From NCBI RefSeq assembly GCF_009914755.1, contig NC_060932.1: a stretch of DNA of 64,000 nt, one strand, 5' to 3'. This DNA comes from the human T2T-CHM13v2.0 reference genome, Homo sapiens. The translations under genes and the position numbers were made by a program. The notes beneath the pieces were generated by a model. The model was not told where the DNA came from. It made no database searches and saw only the letters and a list, made by a program, of their open reading frames with translations. Shown one piece after another: positions 57,381-64,000 of the stretch (its first letter is position 1; each line of letters starts with the position of its first letter).

Positions 57381-58245
57381 GCAGTGAAGTAGGAGAGAGT
57401 CCCCACTTGGAGTCTGGCAGACCCAGGCTTGCCTCTTGGTCTTGCTGCTTCCCAGCCGTGTGGCTTATCTGGTCGCTTCGTCCCTCTTAGTCCCATTTTC
57501 TCTTTTTTATTGGGAGTAATAGGAACACCCCAGCTGTCTCTCCGTGCATTTGCTGTTGGGAAATTCAGACCCAAATGGGAACTGGCCCCTAGAACACAGC
57601 ACCTGTTGTTTGTTCTGCGACAGTCAAGGAGGGCAGAGGCCCTAAGATGGAGATGTTGGATTTCCTGCTAATGAGCATGTCAGGGCATGAGAGGAACAAA
57701 GTGAATGTGGAGAGAGGTGGGGCCTGACTCCTACTCACCCTGGCAAGGTGTATGGTGCTGAGTTACATGCCCTGAAGAGTAACTGTGGTCTGTGCAGGGC
57801 CTCAGGCTAACCCTCATTGTTAAAGGGAGCGAGCCCAGCCCTGTGGTATGGCTGTGGCCCTGGGGATGACCTTCTTTGCCCAACCCCCAACCGCATTCAC
57901 AAGAAGCTGCTGCCGGGCCAGATGTGCAGGATCACACCTCTGAGCAAGGGTGGCACCCGACCATATGGTAGGTGTGTGGCAGAGCATTGGCAGGCGAAAC
58001 CCAGGCCCACAAAAAGGCCGCTCTGAGCTTCTCCTCTCTCTAAACAGGAGGCAAGAAGGAGGGAAAGTGAGAGAGAGAGGAAGGCAGGAAGGAAGGGAAG
58101 AGAGAGAGAAACAGAGAAAGAGAAAGACAGAGAGAGATAGGGTGGCCTTCCTGCTGATCTGGGAGGCTCCAGTAAGAGTAATTTTAATATTTAAAATCGA
58201 TGTTATTTGTATCTTAAGCCGGTAAAGTTGTTCACACCTATTTAA

Positions 58246-58618
<373 letters not shown>

Positions 58619-59007
58619 TGAAATTCTTGAAATTATCCAATACAGTGCACGGCCCAAGGAGGGTGCCCAGAAGATGTTTGTCTCTTTTCTATTCCTTCCC
58701 TAGCCTGTACTCCCTGAGCTGAGCCCAGGGCCTGACACCCAGTTGGTGCTCATGCAATGTCTGTTGAATGAACGAGCAACCTGGGTACTGTTTCTGAACC
58801 ATGAGGGAGAGAGGCCTGGGACCCTCTGACCCTGGGTTCAGCCCCCTGGTTGCCTACCTCGAGCCAGCCCTGAGCCAGGCTGGGTTTTCTTGCCCCTGCC
58901 AGGCCCGGTTGCAGGCCTGGAGTAGGGGCTTTCTGCTTGCTGCAGGCACTGGGAGGGGCCAGGGTGTCTCTCCAAACCTCAAGTTAGACAGCCTTGGTTG
59001 GAAGGGT

Positions 59008-59314
<307 letters not shown>

Positions 59315-60747
59315 CTGGAAAGATTTTTTTTATGTCCAGCTCTCTCACTTGTGAAGCCATATAAAGGCCTCCCCTGTGTCTCAGTGTGAGGGAGCAGGGA
59401 CTCCACATGCTAAAATATACAGTGATGACACCACATGTGGTCCAAAGAAAACAACATATAGAAGTCCAACTAGTTCTCAAATCAGCACCATGTCATCAAG
59501 CTTGAACTATCTTGTGGTTAAGGTTGGTTTGGGTGGCCTCCAAGGGAAGTTCAAGTTGCTTTGGCTTAAGAGATTTGTCCATGCCTGTGTGTGTGGTTTG
59601 TGTGTGTGTATCGTGTGTGTGTGTGTGTTGCTATTTGTGGTCCTAAGTGAATGACAAGGCTCTGATTCAGCAGCCCTTACCAGACAGTGACGTTGATGAT
59701 AATTTCCATTTTGTACAGTGCAGCTTTTCTGTCTCCAAATCTTATTCATATGGATGAACTCATTTGAACATTGCAATACCTAGGAGATGAATGGTTGTAG
59801 TTTTATAGATGGAGAAACAGCAGCTTACACAGGTAACTCAGCATCACAGAGCTGGGTCATGGTGGCCAGGACGTGAACCCGGGCTCCATGAGTGATGCCT
59901 CTGTTCTGTCTTCAACATTGTACAGAGACATCTTGGCAGGCACTAGGCTAAGACGTATGTGGGATAGCTGGGCAAGTGAGATGGACCTGCCCTAGGAAAT
60001 TTACATTTGATTGTGAGTGAAGGACAGGTGAATCTAATGATCTGGAGTCACAATGTACATTAACTGCGATGATGACATAATTCACCATGTGTGATAAGAA
60101 TACAGAGCACCAGATAAATCTGGCAGGGGAATCCAGGAAGGCTTACTGGGGGAGGTGTCCTGTGAACTGGTCTTTCTGCCAATTAGGATTTCAGCCAGCT
60201 ACATATGCCAGCAACTATCCGTAGCGGCTTGCCCATTAGAGACTTACTGTTCTCACAAAGCAAGAAGCCTGGAGGGAGGCAGTCCAGGGCCGCAGCAGCC
60301 ACTCGAGAAGGCTGTGAAGGATGCGGCTCCTTCCAGCTTCCCACTCTACCCTCTGTAGAGCGTGGTGCTTGTCCTCATGCTGCGACATGGCAGCTCTATT
60401 TCTAGGCTTTGGGCTTACAGCCCAGGAGGGAAGGAGGAAAGGGTAAGGGTTGAAAAGCAAAAAGTCAGCCAGGCTCACACTGGCTGAGTTGGTGGGCTTT
60501 TGAGCTAGGCCCCAAGGCCACTCCTTACGGCAAAAGAGATTTTTGACCTGAGCATGGCAGAACAAAGTCAGAGCTTAGTAAGGATATTGGGAGGGCACTG
60601 GGCAGTGTCTGCCTCATCTTTTTAGCTGGGTAGGAACCCAGCAGGCAACAGGTGCGGGGAGAGCCCACAGCGAGGCAGTGGGTGGGGAAGTGCAGGCTCC
60701 ATGGAAACAGGAGGTGGTTCACTCTGGTCAGAGGGATGTAACATTTC

Positions 60748-60886
60748 TGTGTATGGTTGTGTGTGCACACGTGCCCACCTGCACATATACATGTGCACAC
60801 ACAACACGTAGTCACGTATGCACACACGTGTCTATGTGTGCATACACATAGGTGTATGAGGGTGTGCAGGCATGCATGTGTGTGTT
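60748..60886. repeat. Degenerate TG/CA alternating purine-pyrimidine tract
   Basis: Read directly. Confidence 0.7.
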
Positions 60887-60962
60887 GCCATGAGGAGGTG
60901 GTGATTATAATGGGGGATAAATAATGAGCTTGATCGTGAAGGCCTTAAGAAGCTCGGGTTGT

Positions 60963-61560
60963 GGCCGGGCACAGTGGCTCACGCCTGTAATCCCGGCACT
61001 TTGGGAGGCCGAGGCAGGTGGATTACCTGAGGTCAGGAGTTCGTGACCAGCCTGACCAACATGGAGAAACCCCGTCTCTACTAAAAATACAAAATTAGCT
61101 GGGCGTGGTGGTGCATGCCTGTAATCCCAGGTACTCACGAGACTGAAGCAGGAGAATCACCTGAACTCGGGAGGCGGAGGTTATGGTGAGCCAAGATCGT
61201 GCCACTGCACTCCAGCCTGGGCAACAAGAGCAAAACTCTGTCTCAAAAAACAATAACAACAACAACAGAGAAAACTCAGATTGTAATCCCAGAACTTTGG
61301 GAAGCCAAGGTGGGTAGATTGCTTGAGTTCAGGAGTTTGAGACCAGCCTGGGCACCATAATGAAACCTCATCTCTACCAAAATACAAAAAAAGAAAAATA
61401 GCCTGGCATAGTAGCCTGTGCCTGTGGTCCCAGATACTGAGGAGGCTGAGGCAGGAGGATCGCTTGAGCCTAGGAGGCGGAGGTTGTAGTGAGCTGAGAT
61501 CGCGCCACTGTATTCCAGCTTGGGCAACAGAGTGAGATCTTGTCTCAAAGAAAAAGAAGA
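60963..61560 (+). mobile_element. Tandem Alus: AluSp 60963-61266 and 5'-clipped AluJ 61281-61560
   Basis: Read directly. Confidence 0.88.
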
Positions 61561-62754
61561 AGCAGCTCAGGCTGATTCCATGTTGAGAGCCCCTGACCAC
61601 ACCGAGGAGTGGCTTGGTGAGATTCCAGCGGCAGTGTGGCGGAAATTGAGGGGCGGGGAGCTGGCAGCAAAGAGATCAGTGAGGGGGCTGTTAGCAGGGG
61701 TGGCTCAGAGCCACAAACCAAGAGCTGACATTTTCAGAAATGCAGCCCCAGATAGGAGGACTTCAGAACCTTTTCTGCAGGCGCACTAGGAGGTGGCAAA
61801 ACCTGGTGGCCATGCCTACGGGCTTGGAGTCAGGCTGCCTAGGTCCAACCCAGCTCTACCAATTTATATGTGGCCAGTCATGACACTCTCTGGGCCTCAT
61901 TCTCCTATGTGTAACTCAGAGAGAATCATTTTGCCAACACCCAGGAGATGCCAATGAGATTACTTGAGCAGAGTGAGTGACAAAGTGCCGAGTACATGTT
62001 ACCTATTACCATGGTATTGCAGATGCAGAAGGCCCCATTGTCCCCAGGTGGCACATCCACGGTGTCCTCTAAAGGCGCTCCCTGCCTGTGTCTGTGCAGG
62101 CCTACGTGGAGGCTGGACACACAGGTACAAGCTTGCCAGCTCTCCCTCTTGCATGTGAGGTTAGTGAGCCCCTTAAGCCTGGGCATTCCTGAGTAGCTTT
62201 GTCAAAGCTGGAGCAGCCAGCGGGTGCCGGCCAGGATGTCCTGAGACGTTTCCGAGAGTCATTCATAAGGATCTAAAAGGCTGGTATGGTTCCCTCGTTA
62301 CTCAATGCCCTCTCTGCCCTGATGCTTGCTTCTTTTTGCTCTCAGTAGCCTGTGGTCTTCAGGAACTGGGGGAGTTGGTGCTGAGTAAAGCCCCGAGTCG
62401 GCCTTTGCTCAGCATGCATTTGCTCACAGCTCCTGCCTGCCCTCAGGTTGCCCGTGTTCAGAAGGGAGGCTGACTGGTAGAAGAGCAATGGCAGTTAGTG
62501 GAAGGCGTGTTACAGTGAGGGACACCGTGTGGAGCTGCAGGTGCAGACCAGGGTGCCTAACCCAGACTTTGAGATGAGAAGAGCCTTCCTGGTGGCAGCA
62601 ATGTCCATACCAAGGGAAGGGAACTCAGTCCCTGTCCTTGAGGCACTGACGTCCAGTCGGGTGCACAGGCATTTACAACATTGTGTCGTAATTTCTGCTG
62701 CCAGCTATGCTGGAGTAGCTCATAGCAAGCCAACTCTCATGCAGAAGACAATTA

Positions 62755-63100
<346 letters not shown>

Positions 63101-63338
63101 AATTGATCGGAGAGCTTTGTAGCGTAAATTGCAATTGGGGGGGTCAAGACCCTAGAAAGGGGAACATGATAAAGTCAGACAGACCTCCATCGCTTTCCAC
63201 CTCAGGGTGTGTTCCAATGTGGAGCATCGCAGCTTCTGCAGCTTCCTAGAGCTGGAGAGACAACCACTGGAGTTCATGGCTCCCAAGGCTCCTGGGGTTG
63301 AAGAACTCTGAGAAAAGGAGACTAAAGAGGAGAGAGCA

Positions 63339-63623
63339 GGCCGGGTGCAGTGGCTCACACCTGTAATCCCAGCACTTCGGGAGGCCGAGGCGGTTGGATC
63401 ACCTGAGGTCGGGAGTTCGAGACCAGCCTGGCCAACATAGTGAAACCCCGTCTCTACTAAAACTACAAAAATTAGCTGGGTGTGGTGGCGGGTGCCTGTA
63501 GTCCCAGCTACTCGGGAGGCTGAGGCAGGGAATTGCTTGAACCTGAGAGGCGGAGGTTGCAGTGAGCCGAGATCATGCCACTGCACTCCAGCCTGGGTGA
63601 CAGAGCGAGACTCCGTCTCAAAA
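63339..63623 (+). mobile_element. AluS with short tail and TSD GAGGAGAGAGC
   Basis: Full Alu; TSD on both flanks. Confidence 0.9.
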
Positions 63624-64000
63624 GGAGGAGAGAGCCTGGCATCCTATGCAGCTATTGCCCTCATGATGTTTGCTGAATCCTGAGGTGCTCACAGGGAAGA
63701 GGCCAAAAAACCCCCCAAAAAAGTGGTTGCTGAGAGAATAAGCTGAAGTTTCAGTAGTCTCAAGATGCCATGGGAAAAAAATGGAAGTTCAGAGCTATTG
63801 AAGGAAAATCGGCCTGTAAACAGCCCTGGTTTTCTTTGGAGACTCCTGTAAACACTGCATCTCAAATGGCTGCTCCAGCCCAGGCTTCTTGTTTCACAAG
63901 AAAGATGAATCCTTAATGGTTAAGCCACTAGGATGCGTTGCTGATACATGTAGCAGACTAAAATCCTAACTGGCACAAAGGCCAGTTTATGGGTACCTCC

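Overview
Human (primate) genomic DNA, very rich in Alu elements. I recognise it from memory of the mRNA as the 5' end of PTK2 (focal adhesion kinase, FAK) on the minus strand; no database search was run. It contains a CpG-island promoter (~16.3-18.2 kb), a non-coding exon 1 (17196-~17384, donor CGA|GTGAGT), ~17 kb of intron 1, and an antisense-Alu cassette exon at 125-202. That exon supplies an upstream ATG encoding [11 protein letters not shown], the start of an N-terminally extended FAK isoform. The remaining ~46 kb is upstream intergenic DNA made of Alu, L1, L2, MIR, MaLR/ERVL LTRs and hAT/Tigger fossils; intron 1 also holds a near full-length Tigger1. Almost every ORF in the supplied track is a repeat or GC-content artefact. 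I found no evidence of a new multi-gene system. The most interesting signals are the Alu-exonised FAK N-terminus, a perfect promoter palindrome, a templated-insertion/double-hairpin scar at 47.2 kb and a duplicated ARE/AP-1 motif. Repeat subfamilies and boundaries were called by eye and are approximate.
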